Positions 23,504 through 35,656 of a stretch of 64,000 nt of DNA are shown in pieces; positions within the stretch are counted from its first letter, which is position 1, and each line of letters starts with the position of its first letter. A program made the translations under genes and the position numbers. Origin of the DNA: Tilletiaria anomala UBC 951 (lineage: Eukaryota); NCBI RefSeq assembly GCF_000711695.1, contig NW_013547016.1:186001-250000 (forward strand). Direction: 5' to 3'. The notes beneath the pieces are model-generated. The model ran no database searches and was not told where the DNA came from. It worked only from the letters and a program-made list of their open reading frames with translations.

Positions 23504-25454
23504 ATGCCGAAAGCACCCTCATCTACCAAGGTCAAGAAGACGACCAAGCCCGGATTTAAACCGCTCGACGCAAAGGCCTCGAGGCAGACCTCTCTAGCTC
23601 AAGAGTTGCGTGAGGACCAGCTTCGGGCCAAGTACGGCGTCGTGACGGGGCCTGGCAAGCGCAATAAAGGGAAAAGCAAAGCTGGCGTCGACGTTGACAT
23701 TGATGAAGACGGGAAAAACTCGATAGAGCCTGACGGCGGCCGCGTGACAGGCGGACAGCGCTTTGGATCCAATGATGCGAGGGTTTCGTCTGGGAAGAAC
23801 TTTGTCGACCCGAAACTGAGTCGCAACATTCTCCGGCTCGCCCAGGAGCAGCAAGAAGAGCTGGAGCGCGAAGAAGAGGCAGAGCGGACCGGCATCGACC
23901 CCAGGCTGAAGGAAAGGCGCTCAGAAGGCTCTTCTGCGCGCAAAGGATTCACCGGCGGGGCTCTCAACTTGGATGACGATGAAGATGGTCACGCAATGGG
24001 AGAAGAGGATGATGGCGAGCTCAACGAGCAAGAGGCCCTTTCAGGGGATGAGGACTTGGAGGAAGAGTACGAGGAGCTGGAGATTGATCCAGAGGACCGG
24101 CGACTGATGGAAGAGATGGACGCAGCGATGGCGGCTCGTTCAAAAGGGTCTGGCATGACCTTAGGCGGCGAGCATGCGGATCTGGAAGAGGCGTTGCCTG
24201 GATCAAGTGGCGGTGGCCGAAATCTAGCAGACATCATTATTGCTAAACTGGAAGAGGCTGAGGCGCGCGAACAAGCCGGTGGCCTTCCACGGATGGGCGA
24301 GCAAGGGCGTCCGATGCCTCCGGGTATCAATCCTAAAGTGATCGAAGTCTACACCAAGTGAGTCTTGTCCGTGTTTCGGGATGGGTCGCGGTCCCTTACG
24401 CCCCTAACTGACGCCATGGATTGCGTACAATTGCCTAACAGGGTCGGCGAGTTGCTTTCGAGATACAAGTCAGGCCCCTTGCCAAAGGCCCTTAAGATCG
24501 TCCCGTCGCTGCCAGCGTGGGAAACCATCCTTTATATCACCAACCCGGCAACCTGGACTCCACATGCAACGCTCGCCGCGACGCGCATCTTTGTGTCCAA
24601 TTTGAAAGCTCACCAGACGCAAAAATTCTTCGAGCTGGTCTTGCTCGACAAGATCCGGGACGAGATTGCGGAAAAGGGGAAACTGAGCGTGCAGCTGTAT
24701 GATGCACTCAAGAAAGGCTTATACAAGCCTGCTGCTTTCTTCAAGGGCCTCCTCTTCCCCTTGTGCGAGGTGCGTGGCGTCGTCGCGACGCCCCTCTACA
24801 GATGCGATACATTCGGATGCTGACATCGCGCCCGGCTCTCTCACTTTTGCCGGCCATGCAGAGCGGCACCGTGACGCTGAAGGAAGCCGCGATCATTTCT
24901 TCCGTTCTTTCCAAAATCTCTGTGCCCGTCTTACACTCCGCCGCAGCCCTCTTGCACCTCGCCTCGATGCCTTACAAGGGCCCGACATCTCTGTTCATCC
25001 GCGTACTCCTGGACAAAAAGTACGCGCTGCCATACAAGGTCGTCGATGCGCTCGTTTTCCACTTTCTGCAGTTTGCCGACCCGGACAAGGGCGTGGAGAT
25101 GGAAAAGATCAATGGCGTCAGTACCGGCCAGAGACGCATGCCGGTGCTGTGGCACCAGAGTCTGCTTGTCTTTGCACAGAGGTGAGCCGCAGCACTAAGA
25201 GTGATGCTGATGACAAGCCCAAACAAATCAATTTACGTGTTGCGTTCGCTTACCTTTACCACTTCTTCAGGTACAAGCAAGACCTGACACCGGACCAGAA
25301 GACTGCGTTGTTGGATCTGCTGCGTGTGCAAAAACACGACGGAATCGGCCCAGAGGTACGACGTGAGCTCCTAACCGGGGAAGCCCGTGGCGAGATGCTC
25401 GAGGAACCCCTTGGCGAGGACGACTTTAGTGACGATGATGCCATGTCTGTATAA
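23504..25454 (+). CDS. ENP1: Bystin, 40S ribosome biogenesis factor
   Basis: [94 protein letters not shown]; three introns. Confidence 0.95.
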
Positions 25455-25983
25455 TAGCAAGTTTCGCGCTCGAATCTCATAGAAGCAGCACGATATTGCC
25501 TGGGAGTCAGATGACAATGCGGGTGTGGAAGCCTCGTCGGCCATCAGCTCGTCTAGGCGCAATTGAGCGTGGGACAGCAAGCACGACCAGTAGATGGTCG
25601 ATAGTGCGGTACTGGATGCACAGCGGGTTGAGGCACCTGACCGCCAGCCGCCTCGGTAAGACCACCAGCCGTTTGAGGGTTCATTGCCGCCCCTACTGTC
25701 TGCTTAACGGGACCTTTACTTCCCTCAATTCTGCTCCCACTTGCGTCTTAACAATCTGGTGGCTGACGAGCCCAGGCCAACTGTTTTCGTGGCCCGATCA
25801 AAGAGGGCGTGGGTCCTTGGGCTGAGGTCGTGCCATGTCCCGCAAAGCCGCAGAGACACATGGTTGAACAGCTCTACATAACGGAAAGAATACAAGGTGG
25901 GGCATTTGGCAAGAGGAAAACCTGACATTAGGGTAAATCCCGCACGCAACCAGGGGCTCGAGCAAATGCCGGCTGTTGTGGCA

Positions 25984-26689
25984 TTACACCAGCTTCTTGT
26001 CCTGCGACTTGTTTTGCTCTATCGCTGCTGTGACTGGGTTCTTCTTCTGGTGGCTATTCCATTAGTAAGTGGTAGCAAAAAACAGTTTGAACATCAGAGG
26101 GACTTCAGAATGTTATGATGTGGGAAAGTCAAAGCAGAGGGGACTCACTCCCAAATACGGTAGAGTTGGGTAAGACCTGTTGCGCCGACGAAAAAGTTGA
26201 CTGCAGCGAGAGAGTAGTTGACGGGGTTGATGACCAGCGAGTACCTGCGTGCAGCGTTCACGGCGTACAAGGATCGTCAGCTTCTCTCCTCATGGGGCAA
26301 GAGCGCATATGGAAAGGCAGGGCACGCGGTGAACGTACCGAACCCAAATCATACCGGTCGCAGCGAGCGCGACATTTTGAGAGACCGAAAGCTTGTCTGC
26401 CGGGCGACTGAGATCCTTGATACCTGCAAGCACCAGGCACCACTTCATCATGGGCGCCCAAAAGAATACTGCAGCGCGGCGAAGAGCACAGAATCATCGC
26501 ATGGCAGACGGCAAAAAGTCATGCCAGCAGAACACATCGGGTTTTGAGGGTAGCGAGGGAGTCAGCCATCCTGAGTCTTTGTATGAGCCATCCCAGGGAA
26601 CTTTCAGAAGCTCAATACGCACCTGTCTTTGGCCCAGCGGGGTGGTTCATGAACGCTTGAAAGCGCGAGGATCCTGCTGCCGACGCCAT
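25984..26689 (-). CDS. MPC2: Mitochondrial pyruvate carrier 2 (not recovered by the ORF track)
   Basis: Spliced reading: MASAAGSSRFQAFMNHPAGPKT|VFFWAPMMKWCLVLAGIKDLSRPADKLSVSQNVALAATGMIWVR|YSLVINPVNYSLAAVNFFVGATGLTQLYRIW|DHQKK...; three introns. Confidence 0.93.
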
Positions 26690-27233
26690 CTTGGTTTGCT
26701 ACGTGGTCCCGCCTGCGTACTCTTGACGCGACACTTCTCGATCCGTCTGGCGGAACTTTTCTCGTCTAGCGGCGGTGTCTGCCGTGTTTTGATCCCTTCT
26801 TAAGCTAAGCCTGTCCGTTTAGCTCTAGAGCGATAAAGATCGTTGCTGCCCTGGGACCAACACAAACACCATCTAGGCATGGCATGGCCCAAGGTCGAGC
26901 GAGCAAGTCTTTGATGAGTGGATTTCGCTTCTGGTTGGCGTTGTTGGGAGCAGCCGAACACTGCTGCAGTGCTCTTACCTTCAGCCAGTCTTGAATCCGT
27001 TCCGCCCGGGCAGTCATTCTTTGAAAGACATCCAAAAAGCTCTCATGATGAATAGTTGCAACGCTGGTCGCACGCGATCGCGACGCTGGCTTCGAGCAGT
27101 CGTCAAAGGGCGCACTTGTTACAAGCACCAAGGCTAAGGAGCAGCTCTGGACGGGCCAAGGGCGGCCAATCAACGTTGCAACAGCCGGGATAAGCGTGGG
27201 ATCGTGGGACCCCCCGCGAGCTTGACCGCAAAA

Positions 27234-28642
27234 ATGACGACTGCTACACAAACCTCCTCGTCCTCGTCGTCCACGGCGGCCGCTTCGACGTTCGACATTG
27301 TGCAAGCATATCATGCCCATCTTATGCAGAGCTCTGACACTCCCATGCAGATCGCCGCCATCTTGGCGCTTTGCGACATGGTGTCCCGCTCCGAAGCGGG
27401 TACCGTGTCGGAGCTGATCATCACAGTGCGACAGGGCTGCGACCGCTTGCGCGAACAGCTATCGAATCCGGTGCCTGCGATTGCAGGTATGGACTTATTC
27501 CAGCGATTCGTCATCATGCCTAGAAATTGGGAGGGCCAGAATGACTTCATCGCGCAGAAGAACAGCCTCGTCGCGCTTGCAAGGGAGTTTGCGGCGAATA
27601 CGGCGCCCAGTTGCCGAGAGCGTATCACCGAGCTGGCTGTACCGTTCATTCGAGATGATGCTGTGAGTGAGAGTCAATGGTAATCAAATAAGCCACTTCC
27701 TGACGCCAGTACCTCCTATAGGTCATCTTGACCCACTCATATTCCCGAGTGGTGATGCAAGTATTGATGAAGGCGGCAAAGCGCTACAACAAGCGAATAA
27801 GCGTATATGTGACTGAGGCAAGGGCTACAGGACTAGGGTAGGTGCTGCTCCAAGCCAGTTCTCTAGGTAGATGCCCAATCTTCTGACTCTCGGCGCTCTC
27901 AACTTATCAGCATGAAGACGTACGAGGAACTCACAGCTGCAGGGATACCCTGTACGGTGATCCTCGATTCAGCCGTAGGTTATATCATGTCAAAAGTCGA
28001 CATGGTCCTAACAGGTGCAGAAGCTGTTGTGGAAAGTGGCGGAATTTTGAATGCCCTGGGGACCTATCAGATTGGTCTGATAGCCAAAGCTGCAAATAAG
28101 CCTTTATACTCGTGCTGTGAAAGGTGAGTGCTATGGGTCCATTCGACCCAAAAAACCCACTTGTTCAACTGCTCATCTCCCACGGCGTAGCTTCAAATTC
28201 CTCCGGCTATTCCCGTTATCCCAGGATGATCTCCCTGTGCCGCACAAGAACACGCTCGGCTTCCCATCAAGCACCGCATCTGCACGGCAAGTAAAAATAC
28301 CGTCTGGTTCATTCCGTGAATCGCCGGCGATGAGTTCGACTCCAACTGAGACTCAACCGAAACCGCAAGATGCGCGTGATGGGCAGCCATGCTTGATGAC
28401 GAAAGAGATGCTGGAAGCAAATCCTGCGGTGAGTCGGGCTCTGGGTTCGCCTCGCGGCTGGTGTCCTCTTTTCTGAAGCAAAAATTTCGCATCATTTTTA
28501 CCGACCGGGCCCCTGTTTCCTCCCTACATAGGTCGACTACACGCCAGCATCGCTCATGACCTTCCTCCTTACAGACTATGGTGCACTGCCTCCCAGTGCG
28601 GTCAATGATGCATTGCTCTCGGTGTATGGAGGGCCAGATTGA
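27234..28642 (+). CDS. GCN3: Translation initiation factor eIF2B alpha subunit
   Basis: FDIVQAY, FIRDDA|VILTHSYSRVV, VYVTEAR, ILDSAVGYIM.KVDMVL.GAEAVVESGGI, SFKFLRLFPL.Q.DLP, VDYTP; four introns. Confidence 0.93.
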
Positions 28643-28709
28643 TCTAATGCAATAGGAGAAGAGATGACAAAAATCTCAAATACACCTCCCCGGGCGATTT
28701 CCGCAAGGT

Positions 28710-31700
28710 TTATCGCCTGCTCTTGCTGTTCTTGTGCCCACCTTTTGCAGCGGCAGCTTTCTTTCCACCACCGCCTCCACCACCTCCGCTGCTTCGATGC
28801 TCTCCCAGATCCTGCGAGAAACCAGATTTGGCCTTGCCGACGCTGATTTTGCTCGCGCTGCTGCGCTTCTTCCTTTCCTGCTTCTTTTGCTTCTTCTTAT
28901 TCTGGTACTTTGGCTCGAGCACGCCAAGCTCCTTTGGCTTCTGGCTGCGCTTTGCTGATCGGATCGCAGCGTCAGTCTCCTTGGACGTGCCTTCCTTCTC
29001 GATCTCTTCGCGCATCAGCTTGGCGCGCTTCTTGCGCCTGCTCAGCCCTGCAAAGCGGTCTTTCCCACTAGCGCTGCTCTTGTTTTCGGCGTCCGCCTTG
29101 ACCTTGGCGTTGTTCTGCGCGGTGCCCGTCTCCTTGGCCTGTAGCTTCTCTTTCTCGCTCTGGAACCAGGTGCGCGCGGGCCGCGAGAAGATCTCGTCAG
29201 CGTGCTCGTTGATGTTAGTGCCCTTCTTGAGCTCCATCTCCGCCTGGCGCAGCGCCTTCTCCTCCTTCTCATCGGCGAGCACCTCCTCGACTTCGTCCTT
29301 GAGTTCATCCAGCGTTTGCAGGGCCTGCGCGACGGTTTCGGACGGGACGAGGCGGTGCTTGACCTGGTCCGGGTTGGACTTGCGCAAGGCGAGCTTGAGC
29401 ATTTTGCGGTCCGCCTCGCCGACGAGCGTGACGGCGCGGCCGTTGCGGCCGGCACGCGCTGTGCGGCCGACACGATGGAGGTACTGCTCGAACTGGCCGG
29501 GCATGTCGTAGTTAATGACCGTCTCGACGCCGCGGATGTCGAGACCTCTGCTGGCGAGGTCGGTCGCGAGGAGGAAGTCGGCGCGGGCGTCCTTAAACGC
29601 CTGGAGGGACTGCAGGCGCTGCTCCTGCGTCAGATCGCCGTGCAGCTCGGCGGCGCGGAGGCCGAGCAGGCCGAAGATGATGCGCAGTTGGTGCGCGAGC
29701 TTCTTGGAGCGAACAAAGATGATGACCTGGTGCTGGAACGTGCGCATGCACAAAGCCAGCAGCAGGGCCGGGCGCAACTTCTCCTCCTCCTGTGTGCGCT
29801 TGGCCGCGAGCGTCGCACCGCTGCCGCGGACGCGGACAAACTCCTGAATAAGCTTGGCTGCGGTTGTGCGCCTGGGGTCGACAAAGAGGCGGACAGGCTT
29901 GCGCAGGCTGAGGCGGACCAGCTCGTCAACGTCGTCGGTCATCGTGGCGGAGAAAAGCATTGTCTGGCGCCCGGACGCACCGGTCACGGATTGGGGGCAG
30001 TGGCGGATGATTTCGGTGAGCTCGTCGTTGAAGCCGTCCTCGAGCATACGGTCCGCCTCGTCCATGACGAGGACCTCAATGTGCTCGAGCGTGAAGGCGG
30101 GAGTATTGCGCACGTGGTCGATCAGCCGACCAGGCGTGGCGATGATGATGTCCGGGCGCGTGCGGAGCTCAGCCTCCTGCACCTTGAGTGAGAGGCCGCC
30201 GACGCAGAGGCAGAAGCGCACGCCGGTGAACTTGCCGATCGCCTTGCCAACGCTGTGGCACTGGATCGCTAGCTCGCGGGTCGGGGTCAGGATCAACACG
30301 CGTGACTTGGCCTCCGCGCTGCTACCCGAGTGCAGGTGCGCCAAGCGCTCCAGAGTCGGGATCATGAACGCGGCTGTCTTGCCGCTGCCCGTGACGGCGC
30401 CGGCGACAATGTCCTTGCCTGCGAGCGCGAGCGGGATCGTGCGCGCTTGGATGGGCGTCGGCGCGTGGAAGGAGAGCGAGGCGAGCGCGCGCAGGATGGG
30501 CCGAGAGAGGTCGAGCGCTTGGAAAGAGGAGGACGGGTCGGTCGCTGCGGAGCCTGCTTGCTTGCCAGTCGCTGCTGTTCTCGCCTTGGCGAGGGCCTTT
30601 GCTTTTGCGACGGCATCCGAGGAGAGTGGCGTTCCTGCTGCATCGTCTTCCGGCGCAAAGAATGCTGCTTTTCGCGCGCGCGTCGCTGCCGTCTCTTGTT
30701 CTTCGCCCGAGTCGTCAGAGCTGTCCGACTCGGCGCTGTCCGTTTCTTCATCCTCCTCCTCGGCATCTTCATCGTCTGAGCCAGAAGCGGCTAGCGGGTC
30801 CTCCACTTCTTCCTCTTCGTCCTCTTCCTCTTCCTCTGCGCCTTCATCCTCCTCTTCGTCGCCACTTCCCTCTTGCCCACTGCTGCTGTGAGCATCCGCT
30901 GCATTGGCCTTTGCACGTTTCTTTGCACGTAAACCTGCACCAAAGCCATCTAGAAAGAGGGTAGAGCCACCAGAATCATCAGCTGTTGTCCACCGGCCGG
31001 AACGGAAGTGAATCGCCTCGGCAGAAGCCGTACGTACCAGCGTCATCATCGTCGCTTCTTTCACTGTCTGATATCCCTTCCTGTTCCTCTTCCAGTGGCG
31101 CCGCCGCAAGGAGCGGGAGTGTCGATGCCAGATTGTCGCCCGCTGTCTTTCTCCTCTTTTCGCGTCTCCGCTCAATGATATCGTCGACAGTGAGGAAAGG
31201 AACAGCACCAGAACCAGCAGCCTCCCCTTGCTGGTGCTGCTGCCCGGAGGATCCTTTAGCGCGCATATTTCCAATGGACATGTCCCAGTTGGCACTTCGG
31301 TTAGCTCCAGCGGCTCCAAGGTCATAGCCGTCGCCAGTGAGGTCGAATGTGAATTCTGGGTCGAGCTGCCCACCAGCGGCGGACGGGTCTTGCTCGTCCG
31401 TCCGGCGTTTCTTGCCGCTGCTGCTAGTGCTGAGAGATGCAGAGGAGGCAGCAGTGTTGGTGACCTTGGCCCGATCAGATAATCGAGCCGGGATGACGTT
31501 CTTGCCCTTTTTACCAGATGCGTCGGTTGCGAGAGCGGATGCGGCGGAGGATTGCTGCTGCCTTTTGTACTCTTCTTCATTCTGCGCGACAAAGATCTGC
31601 GCTTCTCCCTCTCCGTTATGTTGTTCTTCTCCCCGGTCTTCGTCATCGTCGTCCGAATCGAGCGTCATGATAAAGTCGTCGGCACCATCTGCTGCTGCTG

Positions 31701-31788
31701 AGGCAGAAGCTGAAGTTGCAGGCACTATTGCGGCTTTCTTCGATGCGACTGCCGCTGGCGCGACAGTGGCTCGGCTGCTTCCCCGCAT
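28710..31788 (-). CDS. DRS1: DEAD-box RNA helicase, 60S biogenesis
   Basis: DDFIMTLDSD, AVTGSGKTAAF, PTRELA, DEAD, SAT, HRVGRTARAG, EIFSRPARTWF; intron ~31037-30950. Confidence 0.93.
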
Positions 31789-32333
31789 TCTGCCGTCTAT
31801 TCTCCTTGCACAAGGATGAGCTGATGGTGCTCCGAGGCCAAGGTCTAGAGACAGCTTCTGTGAATGATGCAGAGTGTGCTGTTCCATGCCGTCAGTCCAA
31901 GGTCCTTCTCCCCCCTCCAAATGGAGAGCGCAGACGACAGCGAGCCACATATCATTTAGCAGAGTGGTGGGGACAACTTTTTTTTGTTAAGCAGAGTGGT
32001 TTCCGTATTCCGGAGCCCGTGTCCCGTGTTTGCGAGTTGCAGGCCAGGATAGAGTAGGGTTGTGGCAGAGGGAAAGCAACAAGAAGAAGAAGAGGAAAAG
32101 ATGGACACCACCAAACCACCATGACCATCTCGACATCACATTCACTGCCAGATCCATCGCCGGCAAGCAGCGTCAACCGCTGGAGCAGCACCTTCCTCCT
32201 TTTGGCCCTCCCTCTGCCCATATTACAGAGAGGCCAGCACGCACCTGGCCCTCCATTTTTTCGTTTCTTCCAAACACACTCACGAGCAGAGCAGAGCAGC
32301 GCCCGCGCCCCGCAGGCAGGCAGCACCTCTCCA

Positions 32334-35264
32334 ATGTCGTCCTCGTATCACTCCAAGTACGCCGTCCAGCCGGCCGGGGAGCATGGGAAAGAGGAGGAGG
32401 AGGAGCAGCAGCATCAGAGGCAGACTGCCTCCAGCGCTGCCAGCAGGTGGGCCGTCTCTGCCGACGATCAGCAGCAGGAAAGCGGAGGCGTCAATAATGA
32501 TCGCAGCTACAGCAACGACGACGAGGGCAGTGCAGCTGCAGCCCAAGGCAATGCCAGCTTCGACAGCACTGGAATGATCAACCCGGCCCCCGCCAGCGAG
32601 CACTCCGAAACAGGCGCAGACACATCGCAGCAAGACCTGCCGCCAAATCCGCACCTGACCAGTCCCCTCCTGTACCTCTCCAACGTACCGGTCGCGTCGA
32701 CGGACAAGGAGCTCGCCCAGAACGTCTTTGGCCAGTGCCTCCCCGTCCGTCTGCGCGTCCAGCGCGATCAGATGTCCGCCTGGCAGGTCCTGACGAACGG
32801 CACTGTCGAGTTTCAGTCTCTGTACAAGGCCGAGCTCGCGTATGCGACCGTCTCCAGCGCTTCCAGCAGCGCTAATGGCAACAGCAACAGCAACAGCAAT
32901 TGCGGCATCTCGCTCTCCATCTCTTCCGCTGGCACTACCGCGGACCCAACCCCGCACGCGCGCCCGCGGCTCATTAAGCAGCTCCCGCCCAGCACGACCG
33001 CCGAGTCGCTCTTCCCCCTGCTGCGGCCGTACGGCCCGATCCACCGCATCTCGCTCGTCCTGCACAACCCGCATACTGGCCAGCTGACCGGCTTCCGCGG
33101 CATGGCCCTCATTGACTTTTACGACGAGGCCCACGCCGACAGCGCGCAGCGCGACTTGCACTGCTCTGAGCTCGACGGCCGCACCATTAGCATCAGCGTC
33201 GACACGGTCCAGCGCAAGACCCCCAGCTTGTCCGCTGGTGCGGCCGAGTTCACTCCCAGTGGCGCCATAGTGTCGAGCGCATCCTCATGGACCCCAGCAA
33301 GCCGGACGATGAACGCTTCGGCTCCACCCTTCAGTGCAGCGCCGCGCAACAACAGCTACAACACCAACAACCCTCCGATCCCCGTCGGTCCCGGCTCGAA
33401 TCTGCAGTACAATGATGCGGCGGGCACATACATTGACCCGTGCAACCTGTTCGTCAAGAACCTGCCCCCGACGCTCGAATCCAACGACCTGTTTCAGGCG
33501 TTCCGCTCATTCGGCCGCATCGTCTCGGCGCGCGTCATGCGCGACGAGCAGACCGGCAAGAGCCGCGAGTTTGGTTTTGTCAGCTTCACCGACCAGCACA
33601 GCGCCGCCGAGGCGATGCGCGTCATGAACGGATGCCTGCTCGACGGGCACCACGCCGCGGCACCCGGCACGAACGGGCAAAGCAGTAGCAGCAACAACAA
33701 CCAAAAGGGCCTCAGCGTCAGCCTGCACGAGCCCAAGCGTATGCGTCAGGAAAAACTCGCCGCCAAGTTCGGCGGTGCTGGCGCAGGCTCCGTTCCGGGC
33801 CCAGCACACTCGAGACCCGGCAGCTCCGGCTCGCCGAGCCTTTTTGAGCACGCAGCAGCAGGCGCGAGCGGGCACTCCCCCGACCCGTCCTCCTCGTCCA
33901 CGCCGCCGATGCGTCAGTCCGGCGGAATGGCAGCAGACCCCTCCGGGCCTGTGTCAGCGCCAACGGCACGGAGGCCCGGCCACGAGCGGCGCGGTAGCAA
34001 CAGCTACTTCCGCGCCGCGATGGAGGCGGACGCCAACGCGCACCTCGACGTCTCACAGCTTGCCGCGCTCTCGCCAAGCGTGCGCAACGAGGTGCTCGCG
34101 GGTCTCTTCGACAGGCGCGTGCGCGCTGTGCCCACCCTGGCAGACGGTGCCAACGGCCAGGCGCTTGGCGCAGAGGAGCGCGAAGAGGGAGAGCTCGTGG
34201 AGAGCTCGGAGGACGATGCGCAGGTGCAGGCCGTCGTAGCGGCCATGGTGGCACGTCTCAGCCTCGCTGAAGCGGTCGAGGCGCTGCGCGATCCGGCTGT
34301 GTTCGTCGGGCATGTACATGCTGTGCAGGAGAGTCGCAAAGCTGCTGCTGCTGGTGTTAGTGGTGAAGATGCTTCTGCACCACCCGCGCAAAATAGCCTC
34401 TCCGTAAGCGGGCTGCAAGTACGACGTACAAACTCCAGCTCTGCCGCCGGCGACAGCGCGTCGTTGCTCAGCGCGGCGCCTGCATCGTCGAAAGAACGCG
34501 CGCGCATTCTGAAGGCGATCCAATCGCTCCAGCCGTCCCTGCCGACCTCAACGCTCGAGCTGGTCGAGGACATCACCGACCTACTTGTCGGCCTGCCCAA
34601 AAAGGACCGCGCGCTGTGTCTCTTCAACCAGGAGGTTTTGAGAGCAAAAGTGGAGGATGCAAAGGAGATCTTGGAGATGAGCGATGGTGAAGATGGGACT
34701 ACGCCGGCAGTTGCGCCTACACCTGCCGCCGCGCCTGCCGTTGCAGCGCCTCAGCAGAGTGCTCAGGCTACAGGCAAATCAGAACCAGTCGGTAGTGGCA
34801 GCAGCAAGTCGTACACGCTCGCCCAGCTCGCAGCGCTCCCCGCCTCGGAGATCATTGCTCTCGCCCAGCCGTCCGCCCCCTCGTCGTCATCCACTGGCTT
34901 GCCGTTACCGAAAGCGGATCCGAACGTCGTGCACGAGACCGATGCGTTCATCGACACGCTGGCGGGCAAGCTGCCCCAAGACCAGAAGCAGAAGCTGGGC
35001 GATCTGCTGTTCAAGAAAGTCAAGAGTTTTGGAGTCAAGGGCGCACCCAAGATCAGTGAGTGCTCATTGACCATGCAAAAGGTTCTGTTTCGATTTGGAA
35101 CGAGGAGTGTGTCATAGTGACGGGCATCCTTCCCACCTGTCCATCCGGAAACAGCCATCGCCCTGCTAGATAGCGAAGACTTGCGCGCCCTGGCGCACCT
35201 CATGAATTCGTACCCCGAGTGCCTGAAGGAGAAAGTGCTGCAGCTCGCAAGTGCGCCAAAGTGA
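32334..35264 (+). CDS. rrm4: Rrm4-like mRNA transport protein (3 RRM + MLLE domains)
   Basis: LYLSNVP, PRLIKQLP..FRGMALIDF, IDPCNLFVKNL..SREFGFVSF; C-terminal QKQKLGDLLFKKVKSFGVKGAPKI|IALLDSEDLRALAHLMN; intron ~35056-35154; alternative in-frame ATG at 32121. Confidence 0.88.
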
Positions 35265-35656
35265 GCCGATGTCCACGTTGTCAAGGATATGTCAGGGGGC
35301 CACAGTTCTGTCAAATTGGTGCCCATTCAAATGGATAGGCGAACTGGGTCCCAGGCTAAGGATTGCGGAGTTTAGCCATAACGCAGGATAACAAAAAAGT
35401 ATCTTTCCAAGTAGTTGTCGCAATTCGAGAACACGGCTTTACGCTTTTCGCACCATCCGCCTACTTCACACTTCCACTTATTCGATACCCCTCTGTCATT
35501 TTGCCAATCGAACCATTCACATTCATTAACATTCGCATCGAATGTTTCTGGAGTCTGCTGCAGCGTCAGATGCATTCGTTTAACTGGTGTACAACATGGC
35601 ATTTTGGGGTGACGTGAGCCCGAGTTGCGTCCTTCTGCACGTCACAGGCGCGTATT

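Noticed and set aside
26805..27050. Possible spliced uORF upstream of MPC2
   Set aside because: The putative ~48-nt intron has no clear branch site
28723..30891. Long plus-strand ORFs over DRS1 (similarly 44210-45343 over DMA1 and 63049-63969 over PRM1)
   Set aside because: Antisense frames left open by GC-rich codon bias
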